Origin: Cryomorphaceae bacterium
Lineage (GTDB): Bacteria; Bacteroidota; Bacteroidia; Flavobacteriales_D; Cryomorphaceae
Direction: 5' to 3'
Assembly (NCBI GenBank): GCA_036751905.1
Contig: DAIOTP010000001.1
Location: forward strand, 1,014 to 65,013
DNA: 64,000 nt
The position numbers were made by a program, and so were the translations under genes. The notes beneath the pieces were generated by a model. That model was not told the DNA's origin and did not search any database. It worked only from the letters and a program-made list of their open reading frames with translations. Below are positions 46,166 to 55,746 of this stretch, in pieces (the first letter of the stretch is position 1; each line of letters begins with the position of its first letter).

Positions 46166-48847
46166 CTAGAGGTCGTCATCATCACCGGGATCATCAACAG
46201 GTTTTTTGGGTTTGGTACGTCGGGTGGGTGGGGTTTGGCTTGGGGCAGTCGGGTTCTGCTTTTGCAAATCCTCATTGCGTTTTTCAAATTCATCCCACTC
46301 TACTTTGAATTGTGGGCCTTTCTCCACCGGAGCAGAGGGCACCACCGCGCTGCTGTCGCCCTTGAACAAGCCAAACTCTTGCTTGAAGATGCCCTTCACG
46401 GTCGATTTTTCCCTGGAAAAATCATCTTTTCTTTTTTGTCGGGCGCCTTCCTTGTCCATGCTGAATATGGGATCGTCCACATTGCCTGTCATTTGGAGAA
46501 AAAGACGCAAGCCCGTTTGGTCATCCACGAGGTATCCAAACTCCTCTGTGCGGGGTTTGCCTGTACGAAATAGCTCACTGAGCCTGAAATTGAGCCTGTA
46601 ATCAATGCGGTTGTCAAAATCATGCTTTCCCGAGAGCTGAAGCGTGAGTGCTGATGAACCCACACGCATGGCAGGTATGTACACTACGCGGTCGCGTATG
46701 TCGATGGTATTGCGCAGTGTATCAAAATCAATTGATGCCAGCTTCTTTTCAAATGCATCGACCTTCACAAGCGAGCGCCACACCATATTGCCGCGTAGGT
46801 AATCAGCCACTTCGGCCAGTGCTTCCACCTTTTGGAGCTTGCCCTTCACCACCTCCAGTTCCACCATGGACTGAATCGATGCCGCATCGAGCTCAAGACC
46901 CTCACTCAGCAGGGCTTTGAACTTCACCGAAGCATCGGCGCGGCCACTGATTTGCCTTGAGCTCACCATGCTCTGCCCGAAATCTTCGAATGCATAGAAG
47001 AGCTGTGATACATCCATTTGCTGCAAAGCAAGCCCCGCATCCACCTGGTAACTCTTATGTGTTTTTCGGGCTACGGAAGCCCTACCCTCCGCCTGACCTG
47101 AGGCCAGCTGAAAGCGTATAGGATTGAGGGTGAGCAGCTCCTTGCTGTACACCGCCCTTCCGGAAATGTTGCGGGCCACAAAGCGCCTGAAGGTAGCCTC
47201 GCCAAGTTCAAGCTGCACATCAAAGCTCACCATTTCGGGCAGGCTAAAGCGGTAACTCGTGTCGCGCCTGCTCTCGGAAGTATTCCACAGCGTATTGAAA
47301 TCAAGGCTCGGCGCTGCCAAATCGGCGGCAATGTAAAGGCGCTGCCCGTCGAGCAGGAGGTAAGGCAAGGCGTTGCTCAATTTGCCGCTGAAGCGGAAAT
47401 CACTGCCATTGACCTTGGCGCGTCCGTCCTGCACGCTGATGGCGTTATCATCAAGGCGCAACTCACCATTGATGGCTTCAAAGTGGGCCGAGGCCTCCCT
47501 GGGCTTCAAACCCCCGTCTTTTACATCGATTTTTCCATCGAAACTGATGCCCTTCAGGGTTGCTGCCTTGGCCGATTCAGTGTCATACCGCAGCTTTCCC
47601 TGCAAGGTGCCTTCCATGGCCACCTTGCCTTTGAGCACATCCAAATAGTCGATGTTGAAGAAATTGCGTACCTCCTGAAGGTCCAGGCTGCCGCTGATGC
47701 GCAGGTTGATTTCTGGTAAACTGAAGTTGCGCACACTCCCAGCAAGGCTCAATCTGCCCGGCCCAAGGCTGCCCTGCAACTTATCGATGTACAACGATAC
47801 AAGGGCGCCACGCACCTGCAAGCTGCCCGCGCCTTCCTGGATTTCAGCTTTGCCGAGCGCTACATCGTGCTGGAAACTCCCTTTGGCCCTGTCAAAGAGC
47901 AGGTCGAGGTGCAGCGGCTTGTTATTGGCATCTTTGGCCTCGAGTACGATGTCTGTTTTTCCCTTTGCCTTGTACGCACGCAGGCTGTGGCGCATTCCCC
48001 GAGGGAGCAATTCGATAATATGATCGATCTGAGCTGCTTGCGCCTCCATGCGAATTTCCCAGGCATGGTGGTGTTCAGGGTCGTAATGTCCGCGCACACC
48101 CAGCTTTTGCCTGCCCAGCTGTATCAGTGGTGCGCTGAGTTCATGGCGCTTGCTGAGGTTGTTGATTTGAAATGCCAGCTCCCCACGGATAGGCAAATTG
48201 GTGTAAAGCGTATCACCATCGGTACTGAAATAATGCAAATCAACCGTGCAGTGGCTTCCCACTTCATACACTTCTGTACCAAAACTGCCGCGTGCGGTGG
48301 CCTCACGAATCAGCAGCTCTGTGGCAGGCCCACCCGCCTCACGGTACCTAAACCGAAAGTCGTTGAAAGCGATATTTTGCAGTGAAATCACCGCCGGATC
48401 GGCACTTTCAGCGCTTTTCCAGAAATGGTAATTGTCTTTGCCTTTCGGAAAAAACTCCATGTGGAAGAAGCCGCTGTTGAGGTCGGCCTCGCTGATGCGG
48501 TACTGCTTGCGCAAAAAGTCCCACAGACTTATCTGAAGGTACAAGTCTTTCACATAGAGCAGTGTATCACATTGCCTGCCCTCACAATATGCTTCGGGAA
48601 CCACCACATGGCTGAGCCGCAAGGAGGCATAGGGAAAGCGCTGCATAAGGCTCAGGTTGATATCCTCCACCTTCACTTCCACATCGAGCAGCCGATTTAC
48701 CTCATACACCACAATATCCCGCACTTCGGGCTCGTACTTTTTTGCCAGAAAATAGGCCACCGTACCCGCCACCAGGAGCAGGGTCAGGATAACAAGAAGG
48801 GTTTGGGCGATTCTTTTAAGCACAGGTGCTGCGGCGTATGGCTGCAA
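46166..48847 (-). CDS. AsmA/TamB-like envelope assembly protein
   Basis: 893 aa; single N-terminal TM anchor then a long beta-rich region; acidic/basic C-terminal tail; start is non-ATG (TTG 48847 or GTG 48823). Confidence 0.6.
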   Translation of the reverse strand: MQPYAAAPVLKRIAQTLLVILTLLLVAGTVAYFLAKKYEPEVRDIVVYEVNRLLDVEVKVEDINLSLMQRFPYASLRLSHVVVPEAYCEGRQCDTLLYVKDLYLQISLWDFLRKQYRISEADLNSGFFHMEFFPKGKDNYHFWKSAESADPAVISLQNIAFNDFRFRYREAGGPATELLIREATARGSFGTEVYEVGSHCTVDLHYFSTDGDTLYTNLPIRGELAFQINNLSKRHELSAPLIQLGRQKLGVRGHYDPEHHHAWEIRMEAQAAQIDHIIELLPRGMRHSLRAYKAKGKTDIVLEAKDANNKPLHLDLLFDRAKGSFQHDVALGKAEIQEGAGSLQVRGALVSLYIDKLQGSLGPGRLSLAGSVRNFSLPEINLRISGSLDLQEVRNFFNIDYLDVLKGKVAMEGTLQGKLRYDTESAKAATLKGISFDGKIDVKDGGLKPREASAHFEAINGELRLDDNAISVQDGRAKVNGSDFRFSGKLSNALPYLLLDGQRLYIAADLAAPSLDFNTLWNTSESRRDTSYRFSLPEMVSFDVQLELGEATFRRFVARNISGRAVYSKELLTLNPIRFQLASGQAEGRASVARKTHKSYQVDAGLALQQMDVSQLFYAFEDFGQSMVSSRQISGRADASVKFKALLSEGLELDAASIQSMVELEVVKGKLQKVEALAEVADYLRGNMVWRSLVKVDAFEKKLASIDFDTLRNTIDIRDRVVYIPAMRVGSSALTLQLSGKHDFDNRIDYRLNFRLSELFRTGKPRTEEFGYLVDDQTGLRLFLQMTGNVDDPIFSMDKEGARQKRKDDFSREKSTVKGIFKQEFGLFKGDSSAVVPSAPVEKGPQFKVEWDEFEKRNEDLQKQNPTAPSQTPPTRRTKPKKPVDDPGDDDDL

Positions 48848-48875
48848 GCTTACAAACGGTTTGCCAAAGCAAAAA

Positions 48876-49928
48876 TTACAGCATTTTCAAGCGACTTATC
48901 TCCTGCTCGGTAAGGTTACGCCATTTGCCCCTTGGCAGGTCCTTCTTGGTGAGGCCCGCAAAGGTCACGCGGTCAAGCTTTAGTACTTTGTATCCGAGAT
49001 GTTCGAAGAGCTTTCGTACCGTTTGGCTGCGCCCGCTCAGCAGCTCTATTCCCACCTGCTTTTTGTCCTTGCCTTCATCCACATACGCCACTTCACTGGC
49101 CTTTGTGAGGCCATGCTCGAGGGGCACCCCTTCGAGCAGTGATTTGAGGTGTATGGGCTTTACGGCTTTATCGGTATGCACATGGTAAAGATTTTTGACG
49201 CCATGGCTGGAGTGTGCGAGTTTCTTGGCCATGTGGCCGTCGTTGGTAAAGAGCAGCAAGCCGGAGGTATTGCGGTCAAGTCGGCCTACGGATACAAGAC
49301 GCACATCGCCCACGCGGCGCAACAAGGTCATCACAGTTTTGAGTTCGCTGGGATCTTTGGACACGGTGATGTAGTCTTTGGGCTTGTTCAGCAGCACATA
49401 CACCGGCTTTTCGGGATTGATGCGCTCGCCGGCATAGGTCACCTTATCGGCAGGCTGTACCTGGTAGCCCATTTCGGTGATTTGCTTTCCATTTACCTCG
49501 ATCAAGCCCTGGCTTATCAGGTTATCGGCTTCACGGCGCGAGCATATGCCGGCATTGGCTATGTACTTGTTGAGGCGCATGGTGTGCCGCACCTCTACAA
49601 CGGGCCTTCCCTTCCAGGTTTTGTCTTGCAACTTGCGGTACTGGGTTCTGTTGCTGCGCTGGGGTTTTTCGCCCGGAGTTTTTTCTGCCCTCCAGCCACC
49701 CGTGTGGTCTGGCTTGGCTGCGGACTTCTGGTTTTTACGGCTTTCGCCAAATGGGCTTTTGCCCGTGGTGGCGGTGCCGTACCTGGTGCCGGGTTTACTG
49801 CCAGAGGGCCTTCCGCCTGGTGGTTTGCTTCCTTCGGATTTGGCGGCGGCGGGTTTGCTGCCTGTGGGCTTGGTATTGCGGGAAGTGGATTTGCGTGGGG
49901 GCCTTGGGGCACCTTCTTTTTTGGCCAT
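48876..49928 (-). CDS. RsuA/RluB-family pseudouridine synthase with 116-aa K/P/G/S-rich N-terminal extension
   Basis: S4 domain MRLNKYIANAGICSRREAD; catalytic GRLDRNTSGLLLFTNDG. Confidence 0.8.
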   Translation of the reverse strand: MAKKEGAPRPPRKSTSRNTKPTGSKPAAAKSEGSKPPGGRPSGSKPGTRYGTATTGKSPFGESRKNQKSAAKPDHTGGWRAEKTPGEKPQRSNRTQYRKLQDKTWKGRPVVEVRHTMRLNKYIANAGICSRREADNLISQGLIEVNGKQITEMGYQVQPADKVTYAGERINPEKPVYVLLNKPKDYITVSKDPSELKTVMTLLRRVGDVRLVSVGRLDRNTSGLLLFTNDGHMAKKLAHSSHGVKNLYHVHTDKAVKPIHLKSLLEGVPLEHGLTKASEVAYVDEGKDKKQVGIELLSGRSQTVRKLFEHLGYKVLKLDRVTFAGLTKKDLPRGKWRNLTEQEISRLKML

Positions 49929-49960
49929 AGAGCGTGGGTGATTTTTACGAAAGTAAGAAT

Positions 49961-50323
49961 TTAAAGCAGGGGATAGAAAGCGTCGGGCAGGTGCACAAGG
50001 CCGTCGGGCTCATTCATGGTAATGGCTACAATGTCGAATCGGGCTTCTTTCTCCACATTGTAGCGGCGTATATATTCATTGGCAGCCCTGATCATGAAGC
50101 GCTGTTTTTTGCGGTCCACGAAAATTTCAGGGCTTCCGAAGGCATTGTTTTTGCGGGTTTTCACCTCTACAAAAATTACAAATTCCTTGTTTTCAGCTAT
50201 AATATCTATTTCATCGTGTCCATGTTGCCAGTTTCGGTCACGAATTTTGAAACCCAGCGATTCCAAGTGCGTACAAGCACGTGATTCGCCCTCGTTTCCG
50301 ATTTGCTTGGTCGAATTAGACAT
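49961..50323 (-). CDS. YraN-family (UPF0102) endonuclease-like protein
   Basis: GNEGESRACTHLESLGFKIRDRNW....EIDIIA......FVEVKTR pattern; ORF opens on TTG 50332, ATG at 50323. Confidence 0.8.
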   Translation of the reverse strand: MSNSTKQIGNEGESRACTHLESLGFKIRDRNWQHGHDEIDIIAENKEFVIFVEVKTRKNNAFGSPEIFVDRKKQRFMIRAANEYIRRYNVEKEARFDIVAITMNEPDGLVHLPDAFYPLL

Positions 50324-50373
50324 GTTAAACAAAAAACTGAGGATCTTACGGTTCCTTTTAAACGATTAAAGTT

Positions 50374-51018
50374 ATGAAACTTTCTTTCAAGACACTCGCA
50401 ACTTTGGTTGCATCTGCCATGCTAAGTTCGGTTGCACTCGCTACCGGGCCTTTTCAGGGAATGATTAAGTTTACCAAAACCATCGGCCCTGTCACCGCGA
50501 ATTATACGTATTTTGTAAAAGGCGACAAAGTGCGCGTGGAGGAATTGGGTGAAAATGGTGAGGTGCAAGGCATCATGATCATTGACACCAAAGCCAACAC
50601 GGTAAAAGCGCTAAGTCCCGAGCGACAAATGTACATAGATGTTCCGAACAAACGTCCAGCACGTGAAACGGAAGTGTATGTACAGAAGACCGGAAAAACA
50701 GAAGTGATCAATGGTTACAGCTGTAGTGAAGTAAAGGTATCAGGCAAAACCGATGGCCGTGAAGTGACCTACTGGATGGCCGATGCCGATTTCGATTTCT
50801 TCATCCCGATGCTTGAAACCCTCAACAGGAAGGACAAGCTGGCGGTATACTTCATGAATATTCCTGACATTGAAGGCGTATTTCCAATGGTTGGCGTAGA
50901 GCGCAAAACCGATGGCGTAGAGCTCTCAAAGCTGCAGGTAGTGGAAATGAAGAAAACCGACCTGGAAAACAAGCTTTTCGAAATTCCTGCGAACTATACC
51001 AAGTTCGAGCGCGAGTAA
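50374..51018 (+). CDS. DUF4412-like secreted protein
   Basis: signal peptide; beta-rich 214 aa with a pattern resembling DUF4412. Confidence 0.55.
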   Translation: MKLSFKTLATLVASAMLSSVALATGPFQGMIKFTKTIGPVTANYTYFVKGDKVRVEELGENGEVQGIMIIDTKANTVKALSPERQMYIDVPNKRPARETEVYVQKTGKTEVINGYSCSEVKVSGKTDGREVTYWMADADFDFFIPMLETLNRKDKLAVYFMNIPDIEGVFPMVGVERKTDGVELSKLQVVEMKKTDLENKLFEIPANYTKFERE

Positions 51019-51026
51019 GTATAAGT

Positions 51027-51929
51027 CTACTCAATTATCGAAGGCTGATCGTGTTGCACGGTCAGCCTTATTTTTTTGCCATGCACCCACGCCCTGTTGT
51101 CGGTAAGGTGGCCGGAAGGTACCCCAAAAGCCACGGGGTAGGCATACGGCGCCACATGCTCGGCAATGATCTCCTCAGCCGTTTTGCCGTAAGGCACTGG
51201 ATTGTCGCGCATGCTGGTCATGCTGCCCACGGCAAGGCCTGCCAGCTTGCTGAGCACCCCGCTGCGGCGCAAAGCCAGCAACATGCGGTCCATGTGATAG
51301 AGGTACTCATCGAGGTCTTCGATAAACAAAATTTTTCCACTGAAATCCATCTCCGATGCACTGCCCATAATGCTGTACAACACGCTGAGGTTGCCTCCCA
51401 CCATGACACCTTCGGCCACGCCGGGCCGGTCGAGCCGGTGGTCGAGCGCAGTGAGGGGCACCTGCCCGCCTGTAAGTATGAGGCGGATGCTTTCCAAAGC
51501 CTCGGCGGTATTGTCCCCAAAGTTGATGGGCATACTGCCATGGATGCTCTGAATGCCAGCATGTTTGTATAGGTGGGAATGGAGTGCCGTCACATCGCTG
51601 TAGCCAATGAACCATTTGGGCTGCTTCTTCAGAGGGCTGAAATCAACATCATCGAGCAGCCGTGCTGTGCCATATCCTCCGCGTGCGCTGAGCACAGCCT
51701 TCACCTCAGGATCGTTGATCGCATCCTGCAAGTCCCTGCGCCGATCGGCATCCAAACCGGCGAGTTGGTGGTTGACGGCAAATAGATTTTTGCCAGGCTT
51801 CATGCGGAAGCCCCAGGCTTCAATGCGCTTCCGGGCCAGCTCCGCCTGGCTGGGTTCAACTCTTCGGGCGGTGGAAATCAAGGCGATCACATCGCCGGGT
51901 TGAAGTGCGGGAGGGCTGATTGCTTCCAT
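51027..51929 (-). CDS. LD-carboxypeptidase (peptidase S66)
   Basis: GDVIALISTA, ARGGYGT and GYSDVTALH motifs. Confidence 0.8.
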   Translation of the reverse strand: MEAISPPALQPGDVIALISTARRVEPSQAELARKRIEAWGFRMKPGKNLFAVNHQLAGLDADRRRDLQDAINDPEVKAVLSARGGYGTARLLDDVDFSPLKKQPKWFIGYSDVTALHSHLYKHAGIQSIHGSMPINFGDNTAEALESIRLILTGGQVPLTALDHRLDRPGVAEGVMVGGNLSVLYSIMGSASEMDFSGKILFIEDLDEYLYHMDRMLLALRRSGVLSKLAGLAVGSMTSMRDNPVPYGKTAEEIIAEHVAPYAYPVAFGVPSGHLTDNRAWVHGKKIRLTVQHDQPSIIE

Positions 51930-51961
51930 GGTGCTTGATGGCGCTGGGTTACGTGATTCAC

Positions 51962-51969
51962 TATCTTTG
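51962..51969 (+). promoter_or_regulatory. -7 box TATCTTTG upstream of metG
   Basis: exact TAnnTTTG match located downstream of the ORF's TTG 51920 and ATG 51938 and upstream of in-frame TTG 51995. Confidence 0.4.
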
Positions 51970-51994
51970 CGCAGTACAAACTAGCACATTCCTT

Positions 51995-54073
51995 TTGAAT
52001 AATCCAAAACGCTACACCATTACCGCTGCACTTCCTTACGCCAACGGGCCATTGCACATTGGCCACATGGCTGGTGTGTACATCCCCGCCGATACCTACG
52101 TGCGCTACCTCCGCGCGCGCAACCGTGAGGTAGCCTTTGTGTGCGGCAGTGATGAGCACGGCGCGGCCATTACGCTTCGCGCAAAAAAAGAAGGACGCAG
52201 CCCCCAGGATCTTGTGGACGACTACCACAGTATCAACCAAAAGGCTTTTGCCGATTTTGGGATTGATTTTGACATTTACCACCGCACCTCCGATGCGCTC
52301 CACCATACCACTGCCGGTGACTTCTTCCTCAAATTGCAGCAAAAGGGTGTTTTCGAAGAAAAACGCAGCGAGCAATACTACGATCCTGAGGCGGAGCAAT
52401 TTCTCGCCGACCGATACATCACGGGCACCTGCCCCAAGTGTGGCTATGACCAAGCCTATGGCGACCAGTGCGAAAGCTGCGGCAGTACCCTCAACCCGCA
52501 GGACCTGATACAGCCCAAAAGCACCCTGAGTGGTGCCACCCCCATACTGCGTGAAACCTCACACTGGTACCTGCCCATGGAGCGGCATGAAGGCTGGCTG
52601 CGCACCTGGATCACAGAGGGCCGCCTTGACGGCAAATTTCACCACGACCCAGCAGAGTGGAAGCGGCAGGTGCTAGGGCAGTGCAAATCATGGATCGATG
52701 GCGGCTTACAGGCGCGCGCCATGACCCGCGACCTGGACTGGGGCGTGCCAGTACCCTTGCCCAACAGCGAAGGCAAAGTGCTGTATGTGTGGCTCGATGC
52801 GCCCATAGGCTACATCAGTGCCACCAAGGCATGGGCACAAGCCCGGGGCATCGATTGGCAGCCCTGGTGGATGGATGCCGATACCAAACTGGTGCACTTC
52901 CTTGCCAAGGACAACATCGTGTTTCACTGCATCATTTTTCCAATTTTGCTTAGGGAGCACGGGGGTTTTATACTGCCCAACAATGTACCCGCCAACGAAT
53001 TTCTCAACCTGGAAGCACGGAAAATCAGCACTTCACGCAATTGGGCAGTATGGCTGCACGAATACCTGGCCGATTTTCCCGAAAGGCAGGATGAGTTGCG
53101 CTATGTGCTCACAGGCATTGCCCCCGAGTTTCGCGACAGCGAGTTCACCTGGACCGACTTCCAAACCCGTGTGAACAACGAGCTGGTGGCCGTGCTAGGC
53201 AATTTTGTAAACCGCACCATAGTGCTCACGCACAAGCTTTTTGGCGGGAAGGTGCCCTCCATGGCCAGCATTGATTTTGAAAATGACAACAGCAGCACTG
53301 CCCTGGCACGCATCCGCGAATTTGGAGACGAGATAGCCAGCCTCATTGAGGCCTATCGCTTCAAAGAAGCACAGGCGGAAGTAATGCGCTTCGCCCAGCT
53401 GGGCAACCGCATCCTCACCCAGGAGGAGCCCTGGAAAACTGTGAAAACCCAACCTGAACACGCAGCAGCGGTGCTCCACATTTGCCTGCAAATCAGCGCC
53501 AACCTCTCGATACTTGCCGCCCCATTTCTGCCCGATACTTCCCGCAAGATGGGTGAAATGCTTGCTCAGCCAGTGATGACGTGGAACGACATTGGCCCAA
53601 CACTACTTCCCGAAGGGCATGCCATAGGCGAAGCCAAGCTGCTTTTCGCCAAAGTGGAAGATGCCGAGGTGGCGGCCCAGGTCAAAAAATTGGAACAATC
53701 GGTGGCGCCTATGGCCCCCGCTGAAATGAAACACATGCCCGAAAAAGAACACATCGCTTTCGACGACTTTATGAAAATGGATATCCGCGTGGCCACCATC
53801 ATAGCCGCCGAAAGGGTGCCCAAAACCGACAAATTGCTAAAACTCGACCTCGATACAGGCCTCGACCGCCGCACGGTGGTGTCAGGCATAGCCGAGTATT
53901 ACGATCCGGCCGAATTGCCGGGTCAGCAAGTGAGTATATTGATGAATTTGGCTCCAAGGAAGTTAAAGGGCATAGAATCACAAGGCATGGTGCTCATGGC
54001 CGAGGATGCCGATGGCAAGCTCTACTTTGTTCGTCCGGATGGCAGCCCGCAGAATGGCGCCACTGTGCGTTGA
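51995..54073 (+). CDS. metG: methionine--tRNA ligase with C-terminal tRNA-binding (EMAP/Trbp111-like) domain
   Basis: PYANGPLHIGH and KISTSR class I motifs; CPKCG...CESCG zinc knuckle; start inferred at TTG 51995 (the longest ORF runs from 51920 but would overlap divergent ldcA). Confidence 0.9.
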   Translation: MNNPKRYTITAALPYANGPLHIGHMAGVYIPADTYVRYLRARNREVAFVCGSDEHGAAITLRAKKEGRSPQDLVDDYHSINQKAFADFGIDFDIYHRTSDALHHTTAGDFFLKLQQKGVFEEKRSEQYYDPEAEQFLADRYITGTCPKCGYDQAYGDQCESCGSTLNPQDLIQPKSTLSGATPILRETSHWYLPMERHEGWLRTWITEGRLDGKFHHDPAEWKRQVLGQCKSWIDGGLQARAMTRDLDWGVPVPLPNSEGKVLYVWLDAPIGYISATKAWAQARGIDWQPWWMDADTKLVHFLAKDNIVFHCIIFPILLREHGGFILPNNVPANEFLNLEARKISTSRNWAVWLHEYLADFPERQDELRYVLTGIAPEFRDSEFTWTDFQTRVNNELVAVLGNFVNRTIVLTHKLFGGKVPSMASIDFENDNSSTALARIREFGDEIASLIEAYRFKEAQAEVMRFAQLGNRILTQEEPWKTVKTQPEHAAAVLHICLQISANLSILAAPFLPDTSRKMGEMLAQPVMTWNDIGPTLLPEGHAIGEAKLLFAKVEDAEVAAQVKKLEQSVAPMAPAEMKHMPEKEHIAFDDFMKMDIRVATIIAAERVPKTDKLLKLDLDTGLDRRTVVSGIAEYYDPAELPGQQVSILMNLAPRKLKGIESQGMVLMAEDADGKLYFVRPDGSPQNGATVR

Positions 54074-54091
54074 TGTTGCGGTAAGAATTGC

Positions 54092-54099
54092 TAAATTTG
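54092..54099 (+). promoter_or_regulatory. -7 box TAAATTTG upstream of tRNA-Arg
   Basis: exact TAnnTTTG match 20 nt before the tRNA 5' end. Confidence 0.4.
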
Positions 54100-54119
54100 C
54101 CGCCCCCAAAAGTGGGAAT

Positions 54120-54194
54120 GGCCTCGTAGTTCAATGGATAGAATAGAAGTTTCCTAAACTTTAGATATGGGTTCGATTCCCGTCGAGGCTACCA
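54120..54194 (+). tRNA. tRNA-Arg (anticodon CCT), CCA encoded
   Basis: hand-folded cloverleaf: 7-bp acceptor stem (G1-U wobble), 4-bp D stem, anticodon stem GAAGT/ACTTT with loop TTCCTAA, T arm ATGGG-TTCGATT-CCCGT, discriminator A plus CCA. Confidence 0.85.
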
Positions 54195-54260
54195 ATTCAA
54201 TACAGCGCATGACCTTGGCTTCCAAGTAAGAGCGTTACTCAATGCAAGGTGCCGAGCCCT

Positions 54261-54830
54261 TCAGCGCATCCGCACCAATTTGGCCGGCACCCCGGCATAA
54301 ACGCCGTTGGCCTCATAGCGCAATTTGCCGCTGAGCACAGCATTGGCGCCTACAATGGCACCCGGAGGCAGGTGCACACCCATCATCACCACCGCCGATG
54401 CTCCGATGCCTACGCCAGTTTCTATAACAATTGGTGCCGTATCTGAAGGTTGATCCACAGCCAGTACCCCGGGCTTGAGCTGGTGAAAACTGCCCCTTAT
54501 TCCGGTATTTTCGGCTATGCTCACCCTGTCGCCCAAGGTGATGGTGCTCAAGGTGCTCAGCACAACACGGTCACTCAAAAACACGCCTTGGCCTATGTGC
54601 AGATTCGCCTCTGGAGCAATTTCAAAAGTCACGTCTTTGCCCAGTGTAAGGCCTTTGCCAATGGTGAAATTTCGTGATGGGTACTGCCTGAACAGCGGCC
54701 AACCCGCAGCGCGCATACCCCCTCCAACTTTACAACCCAAAGCGCTCAGCAACCATGTGAGCAGTACTCCGCGCAGCCGCATGGAAAATGCCTTCCTGTA
54801 TGCGAGCAAGACGCTTAATTTCAACCCCAT
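54261..54830 (-). CDS. hexapeptide-repeat (LbH) acetyl/acyltransferase
   Basis: ORF trimmed to ATG 54830; repeated [LIV]-G-x4 hexapeptides (IGKGLTLGKDV, IGQGVFL, LGDRVSI, IGASAVV, VGANAVL). Confidence 0.75.
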   Translation of the reverse strand: MGLKLSVLLAYRKAFSMRLRGVLLTWLLSALGCKVGGGMRAAGWPLFRQYPSRNFTIGKGLTLGKDVTFEIAPEANLHIGQGVFLSDRVVLSTLSTITLGDRVSIAENTGIRGSFHQLKPGVLAVDQPSDTAPIVIETGVGIGASAVVMMGVHLPPGAIVGANAVLSGKLRYEANGVYAGVPAKLVRMR

Positions 54831-55621
54831 CTTCTTTTTAACACCCTGTTCAAGAGCCACGTGGTTTTTGTAATCCGGGCCATGCCAAATATAAAGTTCC
54901 TGTAGGATTTTTTTCGTTCGCATTTGCGCAAAAGTAACTTCGTTTGCGCGGCGTAACCCGTATGATAACGCTCCTGAATGGCGGCGGCCTCTCTGTACGT
55001 GCCACAACCGACATTGCTGGCGCCCCCCAATGAGAAATAGGCAAGCGGCATATCGATGTAGCTGAATCCCAGCTGTTGTTGCCAAAGTTGCAGGAAAAAT
55101 GCATAGTCGGCGGCAAGTCGGTAGGCCGTGTCGTACCCACCCAAAGCGTCGAAACAAGCTTTTTTGACGAAAGTGGCCGGATGAAAAATGCCCATGCCCT
55201 GGGGCATGAATTCGGGGCGTGGACGTTCCTCCCGCTCATAAATCTGACCGTCCAGCTCCTTTACCTTCACCATGTTGCCATGAATCACATCAGCATTCGG
55301 ATGGTTTTCCATATGCTTGACCACTTCCGCGATGGTGTGCGGGAAGTATCGGTCATCGGCATTGAGGAAAGATACGTATTGACCTTTGGCCAAAGCGGCG
55401 CCTTTGTTCATCGCATCGTACATGCCTTCATCGGGGGCACTCACCCAGTGGTCGATATGGGCGTCATGATGGCGCAGTACCTCCACCGTACCATCCTTAG
55501 ACCCTCCATCCACGATGATGAATTCATACGCGTCACTGATTTGACTCCTAACGGAATCAATGGTGGCTGCGAGTGTAGTGGAGGCGTTGTAAGCGGCTGT
55601 AATGATACTTATTGCGGGCAT
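54821..55621 (-). CDS. family 2 glycosyltransferase
   Basis: ORF trimmed to ATG 55621; ISIITAAYNASTTLAATIDSV ... FIIVDGGSKDGT ... NADD motifs; 10-nt overlap with the acetyltransferase gene. Confidence 0.8.
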   Translation of the reverse strand: MPAISIITAAYNASTTLAATIDSVRSQISDAYEFIIVDGGSKDGTVEVLRHHDAHIDHWVSAPDEGMYDAMNKGAALAKGQYVSFLNADDRYFPHTIAEVVKHMENHPNADVIHGNMVKVKELDGQIYEREERPRPEFMPQGMGIFHPATFVKKACFDALGGYDTAYRLAADYAFFLQLWQQQLGFSYIDMPLAYFSLGGASNVGCGTYREAAAIQERYHTGYAAQTKLLLRKCERKKSYRNFIFGMARITKTTWLLNRVLKRRWG

Positions 55622-55746
55622 TGGGCCACTGCGCCTTGAGCCGCCATGCAGAGGTGTATGTTCATTAGTTGAATGCACGTACGCGAAGGTAGGCATTGCA
55701 CCTACTTGAAATGAAGGTGCAGGCATGATATATCATTGCCAAAAAA

